From positions 434,001 through 498,000 of the forward strand of contig JAUFOQ010000017.1 in NCBI GenBank assembly GCA_040285855.1: a stretch of 64,000 nt of DNA. Direction: 5' to 3'. The first letter of the stretch is position 1. Every line of letters begins with the position of its first letter. The translations under genes and the position numbers were made by a program. The DNA is from Eukaryota sp. GEM-RC1. Taxonomy: Eukaryota. Below, piece by piece: positions 48,901-62,543 of this stretch. The notes under the pieces are model-generated. The model searched no databases, was not told where the DNA came from, and worked only from the letters and a program-made list of their open reading frames with translations.

Positions 48901-50156
48901 CAACAACAACTCTGGTGACACTAGAGCTATTAAAAGAGAGCTAGTATCTGTTTCCCTTGATTCTCGAGGTGTTTGGTACTTCAAGGAGAACTCTTCTTGG
49001 ATTCGTTATGATGAACTTTGCCAAGAACAAGTTGAACAAGCCTTTTCCAACTACATCAATGGAACTTCTGCAGTAGTCTCTTTAACTTTCCCTGGTCGTC
49101 CTGAGACTTATCTCTTGGACTTCAGTCAAGGAACTCAAACCAATACCACAAGTGGAGTTGTAAGTAGTATTAAGAGAGATGTCAAGGAAGATGTTGGTGA
49201 TGGTACCACATTCAACTTTAAAGTTGATAATCAGAATGATCAATCAGAGGATGGTCAGAATCAACTTCTTAAACTGATTGAAGGTCAACTCTCCGAAATG
49301 ATTGTCAAAACAAGCAATGATTCCGAATCTGATTTTGTTCTTATTTTTGATACCAATGAGTCCACGTTCATTTTAACCCTTGGTCCATCACTTTCTTCTA
49401 TTTCTCCAATTTTATTCTCTGTTGTTTATCGTTGTCTCAAATCTCAAGGAGTTTCTGTTTTTGTTACAGAAGATGAAGCTAATGATGGAATATCAAATCT
49501 ACGTTTAAGAAATCTTTTATCAGGAATTATTCCAACTAAAATGGATCGTGATGGAGTTATGCAATACTTAGCTTATATCCTGGTCTGGAACTGTAATTGT
49601 ACAATTTTCGGTGCATATGTTAGAGATTTCCTTGTTAGAAATTGGAAAGCTAACGGTATCGATGTCATTGTGAGCTCTACTCAATCGTTGGATGACACTA
49701 TTGGAAACTTTAAAAATGAACTACAGTTTTCAAATTTCAATCCAGTTTTTCGGGATTTGCCAATGAATAATAATATCTGTAAGTCTATTGATGTTAGTAT
49801 TGGAAACTATCAAATTCAAGTAGAATTTACCACTGCTGATGGTTTACGACAGCTTGACAACTCTGCACCTCCTTATGTTGAAGCTGACGTTTCAAATCTT
49901 ATTCTTAACAAGTCTGGACTTGGATTTAAGGAGCCAGGAGTTCAAGAAGAAAAAAGCAATCAGTATCAAAACGACCATTGAACATGCAATTAATCAAGAG
50001 TTTGTCTTCTTTTACGATTTGAATCAGTATCCCGCTTTAAAGTGTAGCCTCCAGCGATTTAGAGATCGTGGTTTTGTTTGTCTTTCGCAGGTTCCAGTTC
50101 ATTGTTTGGATATATTTGAACCTTTACCCTCTCCTTTCTATAGACCTTTGAATTAG
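42926..50156 (+). CDS. Multidomain protein: La motif/RRM - DEAH helicase - RING/IBR - PARP-like ART - 2x WWE - nucleotidyltransferase-like (last ~60 aa after a frameshift near 49950)
   Basis: QFNYWFG..GWVSFTKIRTF (La); AATGSGKTTQ, CTQPR, IIDEAHER, SSAT, TNVAETSLT, QRKGRAGR; CVFC..LCGHTYCRSC..CPKC; C..HEC..FCSKC..CTSC..H...C; AWHGT..GPGEYFG; QWYWQDD and VWYFKE..W..Y; IFGAYVRD. Confidence 0.88.
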
Positions 50157-51415
50157 TATTATTGTGATATAAAACACTAATTTATAATTGATCATTTCTT
50201 TTCGATTCTTGTCCCACATTTCACAACACAATGCGTTTTCTCTATATTTATTGTGCACATTGTGATTGATATTCTACCTCTGATACAATACCGTCAAATA
50301 TGTAAGTGTGAATATTTAGTCCTAAAAATCTAAGTCTTTTCCAAACCATTACCTACTCCGTGTGACGTCTCAAAAACTTACAAAGTTTGGAATCATGATT
50401 GTCTTGATGGGACTATGTACAATGAGGCTGGTGAAGTAGTTGGTAATATGTGGTTTTCTGATGATTCAGATAGGGAGGATTAACCTGGTTTCGTTTAAAA
50501 ACCAGACTAGGTTCGAATTTTCACCTGATAGTGGGATTCTTGATATCAATTTCGATCCGAAAAATAAGTTAGAATACAATTTTACAGTTCTTTTCATCTC
50601 CTTTGATTCCTTCATGGGAATGTTACAACAGTGTATTTTGGGTAGTAGGTGTTGTTTGATCATGATCTTTAGAAGTGTGGGTAAATCTGGAAAAGATTTT
50701 CGTGTTAACCTTATTTAAAAACCCTAAACTCGATTAAATAATATTCTTTATTTTGAAGTATCCAATACATAAAACCGTTTTTAATTAAACCTAATCTAGA
50801 TCTACTTGTCATCTGGAATAAATCTACCAGCAGCCACATATTCATGAGAACAGTACTTGTTTCTACCACTGCTTCTGTTTTACAAAATCTCAATTAAATT
50901 GTTGAGCCATCTATTAAAGAGTTGACTGTACTAAAAACCGTTGTCGTTCACACTAATCTTGTAATAATCTGTTGTTGTTGTTGTTTGCTTTTGAAACATT
51001 CCCAAATTTGCAAATCTTTTCTATTATTGCTAAGTAATGATCATTTACCAGTACAACACAAAAATTGATGGAACAAAGCCTATTTATTGACTGTTTAGCT
51101 GAACAATAAACAATAAAATTACGTATTATGATCTTTTATCTCACATAAGCGACCTTTGTTTTAATTTAGCTTTTCTTATGTCAGAACAAAAACTCCTTTT
51201 CAAGTTCAATCAGACATTGATTCTATAATTGCACTATTCAATAATCTGAGTTAATTAGTGCTGCATGAACTAAACAAAGCTAAAAATCCCTCGAATCAAT
51301 GACGAGTTGGCAGCGTAATGAAATCAGGATGCTACAATGTGGTAGTTCAAGAATTTCGAATCTTGCTACCTCTTATAGCCGCTTTCGAACCTTGTTCCAA
51401 AAAGCGAGCAACCAA

Positions 51416-51760
51416 TTACTCAACGTTTCGTTTAAGGAAGATAATTCTAATAAGAAACAAAGCCAGCAGAAAGCCAAGAAATATATAACAGAATTGCTTG
51501 CAACCACCAGTTCTTATCATGGTGTTAAGTCTTGTGGTAGAAGTGACTGCTGCAGAGCGAGCAGATAACATATAACGAGATAGATGATCTGTTAGAGCTA
51601 AGTGTTCATCAACCTGACGTTCAATCTCTCTAGTTCCTTGGTTAACACGAGTAAGTTTGGAAGAAAGGCGCATTAACTCTTGATCTTGTTCTTCTAGAGC
51701 TCGTAAAGCAGAATCTTCGTCCTTAGTTCTGTCATCAAGGAAGGGTCGTTTTTCTGACAT
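51416..51760 (-). CDS. Qc-SNARE (Bet1/Syp6-like)
   Basis: EEQDQELMRLSSKLTRV...EIERQVDEH coiled coil plus C-terminal TM. Confidence 0.8.
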   Translation of the reverse strand: MSEKRPFLDDRTKDEDSALRALEEQDQELMRLSSKLTRVNQGTREIERQVDEHLALTDHLSRYMLSARSAAVTSTTRLNTMIRTGGCKQFCYIFLGFLLALFLIRIIFLKRNVE

Positions 51761-51876
51761 TAGGGATCCAAGAAAGGAGGTATCTAAATGAAACCCACAG
51801 CAGTATGAACAGAGTTCTTAACAGTGTCTGGTTTGTCACAAAAATTTCCAATCTCTCTTCTTCTGTTACAGAACAA

Positions 51877-52880
51877 ATGATTTGGTTCACCCACTTCTGT
51901 GTACTTCTATGGAAGAACTATCTTACCTTGAAACGTTCTCCTTCAAATGTGATTCTCAGAACTGTTTTACCAGTTGCTGTCATCATTATCCTCATTCAAT
52001 TATCCAAAATGACTGCCATCACCCAGGACGCTGATTTTCGTCAACAAGGACGAGATATCAAACATCCTGAGTCTAACTCAATCTCAAAGCATTTTCCCAC
52101 ATGTGACCTCCCTTGTTATACTCTCGCAGTCTCTCCAGACGAACCTAGCTACAGAAAAATAATATCAATCATGATGGATCAGCGGGGTCAGTCAATAGAA
52201 AATGTCGTCTTCCTGCCATCCTCCAAAGAACTTTCTCTCTACCTCTACAACGGTACTAAAGTTCCAGTTCTTGCTGCCATTGATTTCAAGGAGGATGACA
52301 ACTATGACAACACTATCAAAGCCGTGGTCCGTCTCAATGCCTCTGCCACCTCCACCTGTACCAATGAACAGCTCTATGGAGCTGGTTATTCATACGATCC
52401 CTGCTTCCCTCTCGTTGAATCCACTGCCTTCCCCATCCATGCCTCGCTTCAACAAGCTCTCATGACCTACACCGCTGGTGAGGACTTCACCATTGACTTC
52501 TCCTGGGCCTTCGCTCCTCATCCTGTTGTCTCCAGAGGTCAAGTCCAAACTGACGCCAGCTCTTACGTATCCTACCTCTTCCTCTCTCTCGTTCTCCTCC
52601 TCTCCTTCCTCGTCATTGATGAAAAGAAGAGCTCAATGAGAGCTCACTTGATTCAATGTGGTATGAAAAGACTCCGCATTCTGGTGTTCCTGGCTTCTAA
52701 CTCTCTTTTCCCTTGTCCTCATTGGCTCCGGTCTCCTGCTCCTCGCCACCTTCATCATTGACGTGGAAGCCCTCGTGGTAAATGAACTCAAACTAGTCAT
52801 TTATGTCTGGGCTCACCTAGTCCTCTTCTCTACGGCTGCCACTCTCTTCACTTCCTCCTTCATTGGAACTCCTTCTGGGT
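51877..52880 (+). pseudogene. ABCA-family transporter N-terminal part, truncated before the ATPase domain
   Basis: HFCVLLWKNYLTLKR, extracellular domain, LVIDEKKSSMRAHLIQCGM; coding character is lost near 52880 and no Walker A follows. Confidence 0.7.
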
Positions 52881-53581
52881 GGGCAGGCTTCTAACTTATG
52901 TTTTGTAATGAAAACAATAGAATCTTTTGAGAGAAATTCTTGAAAGTGTTTGTTTTTAACCAAAATTGTATTCTTAGTTTTAAATGTAATCAAATCTTTT
53001 ACCACTAGTCGACTGTTAGTTATAGAGATTGATTGAATGATTGTGCGTTTTTTCTTCTTCCATCCTTATCAGACTTAGAGAGTCTTTTAATTCACTTCAA
53101 GTTTTTTTTCCACACAATGAGTCGTACTGATTCAATTTTGACTTGCTCAAACTCTGTGAAACACATCATTGATTGTAAGATATTTTTCATAACCAAAGTA
53201 AGATTCTGGGTAAATACACCACGTATCTATCTAGGTTCTAAAATACCTCCACACACGTTAGGTCATCATCATTGAACTCTCTTGCAAAAAAATTCCAGTT
53301 AACAGCTGCTATTCCAGAACCAACTTTTTTCCTTTCTTCACAATACAACTCATATAATGAGAGTTCATTGATGAGTTGAGCATCCTTTGTTGTTGATTTC
53401 AAGTAACAAGTCAACATTTAGAATTAATTAAAATTTCCCGAAATATTTGAGGTGATCATCCTTTGTTGTTGATTTCAAGTAACAAGTCAACAAGTTTCTT
53501 GACGTGTCTTGGGTTTGAGTTTATCCCTCTTTGTTCCAAAAAACATCACGGAACATGCATCCAGGATCACAAATAATTTGT

Positions 53582-54284
53582 TCCAGTTGTTCAAATTCCA
53601 GACAGAGATTCCGTAATAAAATTCGTGTGGCTGGTCTCCCGAGATAAACGTAATTGCATCGACCATCTTCTGCATCATCGAGATCGTCCCACAATTCTTT
53701 AGACAATTTTAGATTCCTTTTAGCTACGGCATCAACAAAGGACCAACATGCAAGTGTTTTCATTTATTTCTGGACTATAAACCAAACTTTGAATCAAACT
53801 TCCTAAGACCGTCATTCGTTCAACGAAATACACTGGACACATCAAATGCATCCACTTATTTAAGTCATTTTGTTGTTTCAAATCTTTGCCTAATCTAAAA
53901 GAAGATTAGATGATTGAATATAGGCTTCCTTAATCATCATTTGTTTGTAAATGATGAGCCAAAACACGCTGATACACATTCACATCATTTGTTGATAAGA
54001 AAGATGAACATCACTCAAAACAAGTTTTCTTGAGAGTTAAGTTCATTTACAGATGGTGACGTTCTTTTGAGAGAGTAGGTTCATCCTCGTGAACAGGTAG
54101 TGATGACTGAGATAGAGTAATGGATTGTCGTAAAGAGAAAGGATCAGATTTGATTGACGAAATGACTGGTTGAATTTTGATTTTGAACAAACTTATGTCT
54201 TCAACATTATTCAAAACAATCTCAAGGATATCATCACCAGGCACTTAATCGCAGCCACAAAATTGAAATAAGAAAGATTCGTCT
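53582..54284 (-). repeat. Left arm of a ~700-bp near-identical inverted duplication
   Basis: Reverse complement of 56409-57111; the identical 65-aa ORF MPGDDILE... and the near-identical ORF MKTLACWS... occur on opposite strands. Confidence 0.95.
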
Positions 54285-54501
54285 ACTTTAGTTTTATTAA
54301 ATCTAATTTTTGAGCCATCGGGTAAAGAGTTGCCAGAACAATGCAATGTCATCAATTTGTTGAGATTTGGGTATTCTTTCTGTGTTTATGTACTAGTAGT
54401 ATTGTAGAAAATTGTATTCTCCATTGACATTGACGGGGAATACAACTCTATACTCTATAGACTGATACAAATAAAACAAATAGAAATACACTATTTCTAT
54501 C

Positions 54502-55154
54502 TAGGGTTGCACAACACGTCACCTTGACACGTCAAAATACGTTTTAATACGCGTCTGCGTCTAATACGTTCCAATACGTGAAAAATATGCAGACGTCACA
54601 TTTTTTCCTTCCCTCATCATCTCTCTATTTTCATCAAGACCATAGATTGGTCATCCTACTATAACATTGCTTTTGAAGGGAATCCTGATGACAGGGACTA
54701 TTGATCAAGACCAAGTGGGTGATGATGAAGATGATGTGGTTCGTTGTGAGGACAGAAGAGTCTCTGAATCCAGTAATTGACTTCAGTAATAATGTTTTTT
54801 TGTTTTGGCCACTTTTCTTCGATGATTTGATGTGATATACAGTTTTTAGATGAAAAGGGCAAACAAATATACTAGAATTTATGACACTAAAGCAATTCAC
54901 TTTAGTGATAGGGAAAGATGTTTATAGATGAACTGGGTATACTCTAAATATACTGACCATGTAACCACACCAATACCTTTGACTACCATTAGTATATGTT
55001 AGTGACACTAAAGATGTCGATAATTCACTGGATTTGCTGATAATAGTAACCCCAATATTCAACAGACACTAACGTCTCTATATCTGAAGTTACGTTTCGA
55101 GACGGACGTGGACGAAGACTGACTTAGACGTGAAATACGTCCTGTGCAACCCTA
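54502..55154. mobile_element. hAT-type MITE, 653 bp
   Basis: 12-bp TIR TAGGGTTGCACA / TGTGCAACCCTA; perfect 8-bp TSD TTTCTATC (54494-54501 and 55155-55162); ACGT-rich subterminal motifs. Confidence 0.95.
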
Positions 55155-56408
55155 TTTCTATCACATGAGTGTATTTCACTTGTATGATCACTGTAAGTAA
55201 TTGTCGTACTCAGTTGGAATTATATAGACTGAATTAAACTAACAGTGTAATACATTAAGTCAGACAAAAACATAGCATCTTCATTCAACCATCTTGCTCG
55301 AGCGTCTGCCTTTTCAGGAAGCGAACCTTTGATTTCCCCATTGTAGTATTGGTTCACTGAAACTGTGTTGGCACATCAACCTTAAAAAAATATCATGTTT
55401 GTAGAATTCGTCATCTTCTTTACAATTACGCTGCACATATCCTATAGAAGGTCGTTGGAATTATTGATCGAAGCAGCCAATGTGATATTGCACATAGTGA
55501 TGCTTCCAAATCCTCATACAAGAAAGAAAATTTTCAAAAATTCAAAACAATTGATTGTTGAATATAATCTAACTTATCAACTGATTTGTAATACACTTGA
55601 GAATGCACGTAATGCAAACAGAGTGTTTCATATGTTCAGGCAGTATTTTGCAGCAAAAATTCAAATCATTACGAACAATCGAATATTTTAAGCAGTCGTG
55701 ACATCAGAAATGATCAGTACCGTCGGTTGTTTCACTACTAAAGAACCACAGACTAACACAGTGATTAACTCAATCAAGTTGTGATTTATATCACAATCAT
55801 ATAAACGTTCTGTCGATTAAAATGTTAAACTAGATACTTTATTGGGCACATTTGAAAATTCTTTTTTAAACATCTGATAAGTTATCATTTCCGACTTTAA
55901 TCACAGACCTCTTTGATCTATCATTATAGTACACAACTAACTGTTATTGGCACTATTGAGTGCAAATTTCAATTTACTCCAATCATATTTGTAAACTTCA
56001 AAATCATAGTCGATGGGCACATAAAGACGTGACCAAATTGAACAGCTGATTTTAAACCTTCTAGTCTTTGTTTCAACGGTGCATCTTCCGATAAAAAATC
56101 AGACGTCAGTATTTATTTAACGAGATTCTTTCAGAAAATCAAGCAGTTTAAATAACAGTAGATTAACTAGTTTGATGTGAATCTGAACAGATTCATAAAC
56201 TATCAAAATTCAGTTTCTGTTTCTGGTATCGTGTAATTCAGATTGTAATCATATTTTACTTATTAAACTGTAAATAAACTTGTTTAAAAGACTTCATCAA
56301 ATACTTACTATAACTAATACACTTCCATTGGATATTGAAGAACGGATTCTCGAATTGTTTGCCCCACAGAAGAAAGTTCTTTCGTATCAGCACAGACTCA
56401 ATGATCTA

Positions 56409-57111
56409 AGACGAATCTTTCTTATTTCAATTTTGTGGCTGCGATTAAGTGCCTGGTGATGATATCCTTGAGATTGTTTTGAATAATGTTGAAGACATAA
56501 GTTTGTTCAAAATCAAAATTCAACCAGTCATTTCGTCAATCAAATCTGATCCTTTCTCTTTACGACAATCCATTACTCTATCTCAGTCATCACTACCTGT
56601 TCACGAGGATGAACCTACTCTCTCAAAAGAACGTCACCATCTGTAAATGAACTTAACTCTCAAGAAAACTTACTTTGAGTGATCTTCATCTTTCTTATCA
56701 ACAAATGATGTGAATGTGTATCAGCGTGTTTTGACTCATCTTTTTCAAACAAATGATGATTAAGGAAGCCTATATTCAATCATCTAATCTTCTTTTAGAT
56801 TAGGCAAAGATTTGAAACAACAAAATGACTTAAATAAGTGGATGCATTTGATGTGTCCAGTGTATTTCGTTGAACGAATGACGGTCTTAGGAAGTTTGAT
56901 TCAAAGTTTGGTTTATAGTCCAGAAATAAATGAAAACACTTGCATGTTGGTCCTTTGTTGATGCCGTAGCTAAAAGGAATCTAAAATTGTCTAAAGAATT
57001 GTGGGACGATCTCGATGATGCAGAAGATGGTCGATGCAATTACGTTTATCTCGGGAGACCAGCCACACGAATTTTATTACGGAATCTCTGTCTGAAATTT
57101 GAACAACTGGA
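56409..57111 (+). repeat. Right arm of the inverted duplication; weaker homology continues to about 57870
   Basis: See left arm; 57268-57364 matches 53480-53577 and 57846-57868 matches 53236-53258 in reverse complement. Confidence 0.95.
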
Positions 57112-58129
57112 GATCCGTACAGATTAAAAACACTGCAAGAAGATCTAGCAAAACGGTCAATTATTTCTTATGTCATTCCAGCACAACTCTCAAGTTCACC
57201 CGTCATTACTCATATCGCAGTAATGTTGCCATTTCAAAACAGAAGATTCAAAGAGGATTCCGGGATAATTATTTGTGATCCTGGATGCCTGTTCCGTGAT
57301 GTTTTTTGCATCAGAGAGGGATATCCTCAAACCCATGACACGTCAAGGAACTTGTTGACTTGTTCACTGAAATGTTCTAAATAGAGAAGTCTCTATCCCT
57401 CTCTTCAGAATACTAAAACAAGCAAACATAACCTACAAACGAGTTCAGGCGTTAATGCATAGTCCACGATTTCGTCAAATACGGTACTTTGAGAGATAGT
57501 TTGCTGCAAGTGTCGGACGTGTAGATCATAATCAATTAGTGATTTTCTGAAAAAGCTTGGAAATATAGTCTGATAAGATGTAGCATAAAATCATCACAGA
57601 ATGGGTGATCATCAACTACTAACAGTCTACATTGTAGGTACTACTGATAGATCTGAAGAGTTTACTGAAGAAGCATCTTTACTTTATGCACAGAAGATTC
57701 AAAGATGATTCCGGGGTAATTATTAGGGGAACTTGTTGACTTTTTCATTGAAATCAACAACAGATCATGAGCATTTAATCAAAGAATTCTCACTATACGA
57801 AGGGTGTTGTGATGAAATTATTCAGCAACGGCTTACAACAATCTCACGTGTGTGGAGGTATTTTAGAAATTAAATAGAATCTGTGGTGCAACTACACGAG
57901 TTTCTACTTATATTGGATAAAATCTGGGTGTTCTATAACAAAGAGAAAGTTAAGTATCATAATCATTGAATTTGTTGAATTAATTTAAGTGGAGAAAATT
58001 ACTTTGTCCACCAGTGAAGAAACTAAAAGACATATAAAACAGTGTGACTGAGCTAAGTTTTCCGCTCAGTCATTAAGGATGTATTCTTTCATTGAAAGAG
58101 AAAGCTAATTTAATAAAACCAATCGTTTA

Positions 58130-59396
58130 TCAAACAATACAACCATTTGAGATCCTTTTGATGACGTGATGGGTGTTAGAATCAAAAGAATTTTTGTCCA
58201 AAAACATCTCAGTTTTAACATTGTCCTTCAAGCTTTCAGCCAATGCCAATGCTCCTTCATTACCAATGGAGTTGTATTCTAAATGAACCTCAGTAAGAGT
58301 TGGATTGACCTTTAGTGCTGCTGCTAATGCTTTGGCACCTTCACATTTAATAGAATTACCACCAAGGAATAATTCAGAAATTGAACGATTGACTTTCAAA
58401 GCTTCAGCCAGAGCAATAGCACCTTCATCACCTAGAAAGTTATTCTCAATATAAAACAAAGAAATTGTAGAGTTGAACTTTAAAGCTTCAGCTAAATCCA
58501 CAGCGTCGTCACCACTGATTGCGTTATTTTCTAAGTAGAGCTCAGTGATTGTTGAATTAACTTTCAAAGCTGCAGCAAAAGCACAAATGCCAAAGAGGTC
58601 ACCAAAGAAGTTGGTCTCCAAATAAACCAAAGTAATAGTTGAATTAACTTTCAAAGCATGAGACAAAGCATGGATTCCATCGCCACCGAGAGAGTTATTC
58701 AGGAGAGAAATCTCTGTAACAGTAGAATTCTCCTTCAAACCTTCAGATAACGCTGCTACTGCTTCGTTAACTAGAACTCTACGGAAATCATCGTAATCGT
58801 CCTCATCTTCTTCATCAAAAACATGATAGAAGTCAATTCCTTCCTCAACAGACAGCACTAATCGTTTGAGACAAGGGGAGATGCTGAGGAGAAGAGGACT
58901 TGAGGAAGTCAAAGCAGTGAGATGATTGTAGATTCAAACTGAGTTCAGAGATGACGTGACGAGAAATGGACAAGTTTAAAACATCTAATTCCCCGTTTAC
59001 TTCTAGAAAAACAGACTGTAGCTTAGCGCCAAAGAGGGAGGCTATGGAAGAAAGAGTTGGGAGGTCCTCGTAAGTAACAGGAAATGCGGTGTTCTCGATG
59101 AAATCCTTAACTGACAGAAAAGCAGTTTCAAGGAAAAACTGACTCACATAAGCGAATTTGACAAAGAAAGCAGAAAGTTCGTCTATTAAACAGTACACAG
59201 AATGGCAAGGACCGGTCATGGTAGTTTCAAGAGAGGACTTCACAACACATGGAACTAATTCGGAGTATACAAGTACTAAGATAGACTGTTGCAGAGCTAT
59301 AGGCTTGGAGGAGGGTTTAAGGTTGGTCCTCATTGATTTAACATGAAATGATGTCAACTTCCATTTCAATTCAATCGTTGTAAGTTTCTGTCCCAT
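58130..59396 (-). CDS. RNI-like leucine-rich repeat protein (NLRC3-like LRRs), frameshift near 58880-58910
   Basis: 28-aa repeats ALAEALKVNSTITELYLENN.IG.EGA. Confidence 0.85.
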
Positions 59397-59514
59397 ACAA
59401 GGCTTATATGACCTTGTTCTGTACTGTTACTCTCAGTCTGGTTAAGTCATAGCTTTTTCAATCTTGAGTTCCGATTCGATGTACTTTTAGAGATGTCCTG
59501 TTCACTTATCGTCA

Positions 59515-61782
59515 ATGATCCGTCTCCTTAATTTCTATGTCGTACATCTCACTGGTTTCATTGTACTGGGCTTGATCGGTGGCATCCTCCTCTTCATAGT
59601 CAGCTCTCTATCCTTAATCAACTCCTTCTTCACCTCCTACTCTGCCATCACTGTCACAGGACTTCTCCCCTATGACTTCTCAACAATGTCCATTGCTTTC
59701 CAGCTAATCACCCTAATCCTCATCCAAGCAGGATCAGTATCTCTCTGGACTCTTGTCCCCGTAGTTGTTAGACGTCGTTACTTAATGCAACGATTCAATG
59801 AAGTCGTCATTCCGCAAGAGTTCGATCGATCTCACTTAAACCCTCCTACTGAGAAAGGAGTTCCCCTCTACCTCTACTCCATTGAACACTGGGCGATGAG
59901 CAGACTCATTGTCAATGTCCTCTTATACATTGGCTTCTGGTATCTCTTTGGCATGACTTCTTTACTAATTCGCTTCCTCTCTTCTCCTGCCTCAAGAGCC
60001 ATGGCGTCCACCGTGGGGGGATTTGGTTACTGGACTGTATTCCACGTCATCTCCGCCTTCAACAACGCTGGATTTGCTCTCTTTGCTACTTCCCTAGAAC
60101 CCTTCAACAGAGATCCTTTCATTATGATCCCTCTCTCCTTCCTCATCATTGCTGGTCAAACAGGCTTCCCAATCCTCCTTCGTCTCTTCATTGTCATTCG
60201 ATCTAAGTTCTCTAGGTTTGCTCCTGTTCATTCCTTCTTACTTAATCATGGGAGAGAGATCTACACTCACTTGTTTAGCAGAGTGGAAACTCTGTGGTTG
60301 TCCTTTGGTGGATTGTCTTCTTTGTTTTCCAGTCTGTTATCTTTACTATTCTTGACTTTGGATCTTTCCCAGGTCCCTTCTTTCCTTCGATACTTAACAT
60401 CTACTTCATGACGATCTCAACTAGGACAGCTGGCTTTGCTACATTCAATCTTAACCTCCTTTCAGAATCCTCTCTCATGCTCATGACTCTCTACATGATC
60501 CTTGCTCCTGCTCCTTTCATTGCCATCCTTCGTAAAACCTCTCAAAGAGTTGAGCCAAGGCAAACAGAAGAACCAGGGGGAGTACGAGCTGCTCTTAAAG
60601 CTGCCTTTAGAATTCAAATGGATGAGCCCTTTATACGTGATTTCTTTTGGATCTTCTTTAGTTGGTTTTTCATTAGTCTTACCATTACATTTGTTCAAAC
60701 TGGCTTCCTCTTCCCACTAATCTTTGAAGTAGCCTCTGCCTATGGAACAGTTGGACTTTCATTAGGCTTCCCAGGATTCATTGGGGGATTCTCAGCTGTT
60801 CTACCTTGGACTGGGAAAGTGTTCCTCATGATTACGATGCTTGCCGGTCGTCATCGTGGTCTCCCCTACTAATCTTGATAAGGCTACCACCACTAGAACC
60901 TTTGAAGGGCTAGCAGAAGAGGTTCTACAACTACTTCCTCATCATATCCTTGTTAAAATGAATGTAGTTGAGAGATCTAGCCACCCTGAGTTTACTTTAG
61001 ATCCAAGGATCTCTTCTATTGAGTCAAAAGGAAGGTTTGCTGGGAACGTGACCACGTACATTGGTTTGACTTCTCTTGACTTCTCACTCTAGCTAATCCA
61101 ATGAGGTTTCCTCCTAGAACTTTGTCTGAGGATGAGTATTTACGGTTACATGAAAGTGGACTGGCAGCTGATCACGTGCCTTCTAAATTGGTACCAACAG
61201 AACCTGGAAGAAATTGCGTATCTTCCGGCAATTCTAGGGCATTTTAGGGGGAATGTAATGACTGAACCGATTCTAGAAGTTAAGTCATTGCGACCTGAAC
61301 ATTTTGAGACTGACATTTTCCAAAAGAGAAGCTCACCGCGACTATCACCGACCAAGTCTATGCCTTCTTTGAGTGCTGGTCAGCCTTCGCCCCTAAGGAG
61401 AAGGATAACGTCACCAGTGATTGTGGAAAAGGTTGATGAGGATCGACCTTTATCTGTGTGGGAGATGAGTCCGAAACCAATCAAAACTGACCATTCAATC
61501 AAAACTGATCGATTGAAAACTCCAGAACCCGCAGTCAATGGAAGGGCTTATTTTGGTTCTGTTCCAATGTCTCCAATATCTCCTAGTTTAAAAAGACCAA
61601 GATTACCTAGAATGCCAATGATTTCTATTAAAGACAGAAGACCACCATCACCAGTATATGTCAAAGGACATATACCTACGCCTGAACAGCTATTTTCTAA
61701 GAAAATTGTTAGTATTAAACCACCATTACCTAAAGGACATTTAATAGCTCAAAAGGAAGAATTAGAGGCGTTATCGCCGTAA
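59515..61782 (+). CDS. Trk/Ktr/HKT-family cation transporter with a low-complexity C-terminal tail (frameshifts and a probable small intron near 61050-61092)
   Basis: SYSAITVTGL, FHVISAFNNAGF, LIIAGQTGFPILLR, STRTAGF, IFEVASAYGTVGLSLG, MLAGRHRGLP. Joining of the 61132-61782 tail is less certain. Confidence 0.85.
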
Positions 61783-62543
61783 CTATTCCTTTACTTAATT
61801 TTATTCAGTTCAATATTTGATTTGTGTGTTGTGTTTTAGAGTTCTTTAATACTGTTTAGTTTTTCTTATCTTGACTTTTATTTGATAAATGAAATTTTTA
61901 TTTTGTGTTTTTAAGTTTTGTTTTTGGAGAATCACTCCTGTGTAATTAGGAGAAATAAAAACGCATATACAATGTCCAAAACGAAATTATGAGCAGCAAT
62001 ATGTGTTTTGAAAGGTAAAACCGTCTTTACTAAAAAAATTGGAGTCAAAAAACTATATACATGTACTAGATGCAGGTTTTGACTACACTACCTTCTTCAA
62101 TCGATCAATAGCGCAGTGTGATCGAGTCAACAGATATCTTGATTTACATTATTCGCTTCCGTATTGTGAAGCTATCACTGTACAAATTGAAAGTTCCTTA
62201 CTAGTAAGTAATAAAATGTCTTCAGATGAGATGAACAAAAACAAAAACCATACATCTAATCCCAGTATAATAAACACTAGACACATAAAATTCCTTATCA
62301 ATTGCACTGCAGATCTTGGGGCAATTACTTACATGTCTTATTTTGGCATCACTACATAGAAATCTAAAGTGTTAATAAAGAAGTTCTGGAGTTATTACTG
62401 TTTGGAATAACCAAAACAGCTCTTCGGACTCAATGGTTCTAAATATGCAAACAACAGTCAAGAACATCACTGAGGCACAGCGCTCATCCATCTGCTAATC
62501 TTCCAATTGGCATTTTGAAAGAACGAAATCATCCTACTCTCAA

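Noticed and set aside
50340..50900. Short ORFs downstream of the large helicase gene
   Set aside because: Fragmentary, no recognisable motifs; possibly a decayed gene but unsupported.
22797..61100. Programmed frameshifting, pseudogenisation or a variant genetic code to explain split genes
   Set aside because: Most breaks are single-base indels in homopolymer runs and hit essential genes (RPS3, RPB9); assembly error is the simpler explanation, and TAA, TAG and TGA all end intact genes.
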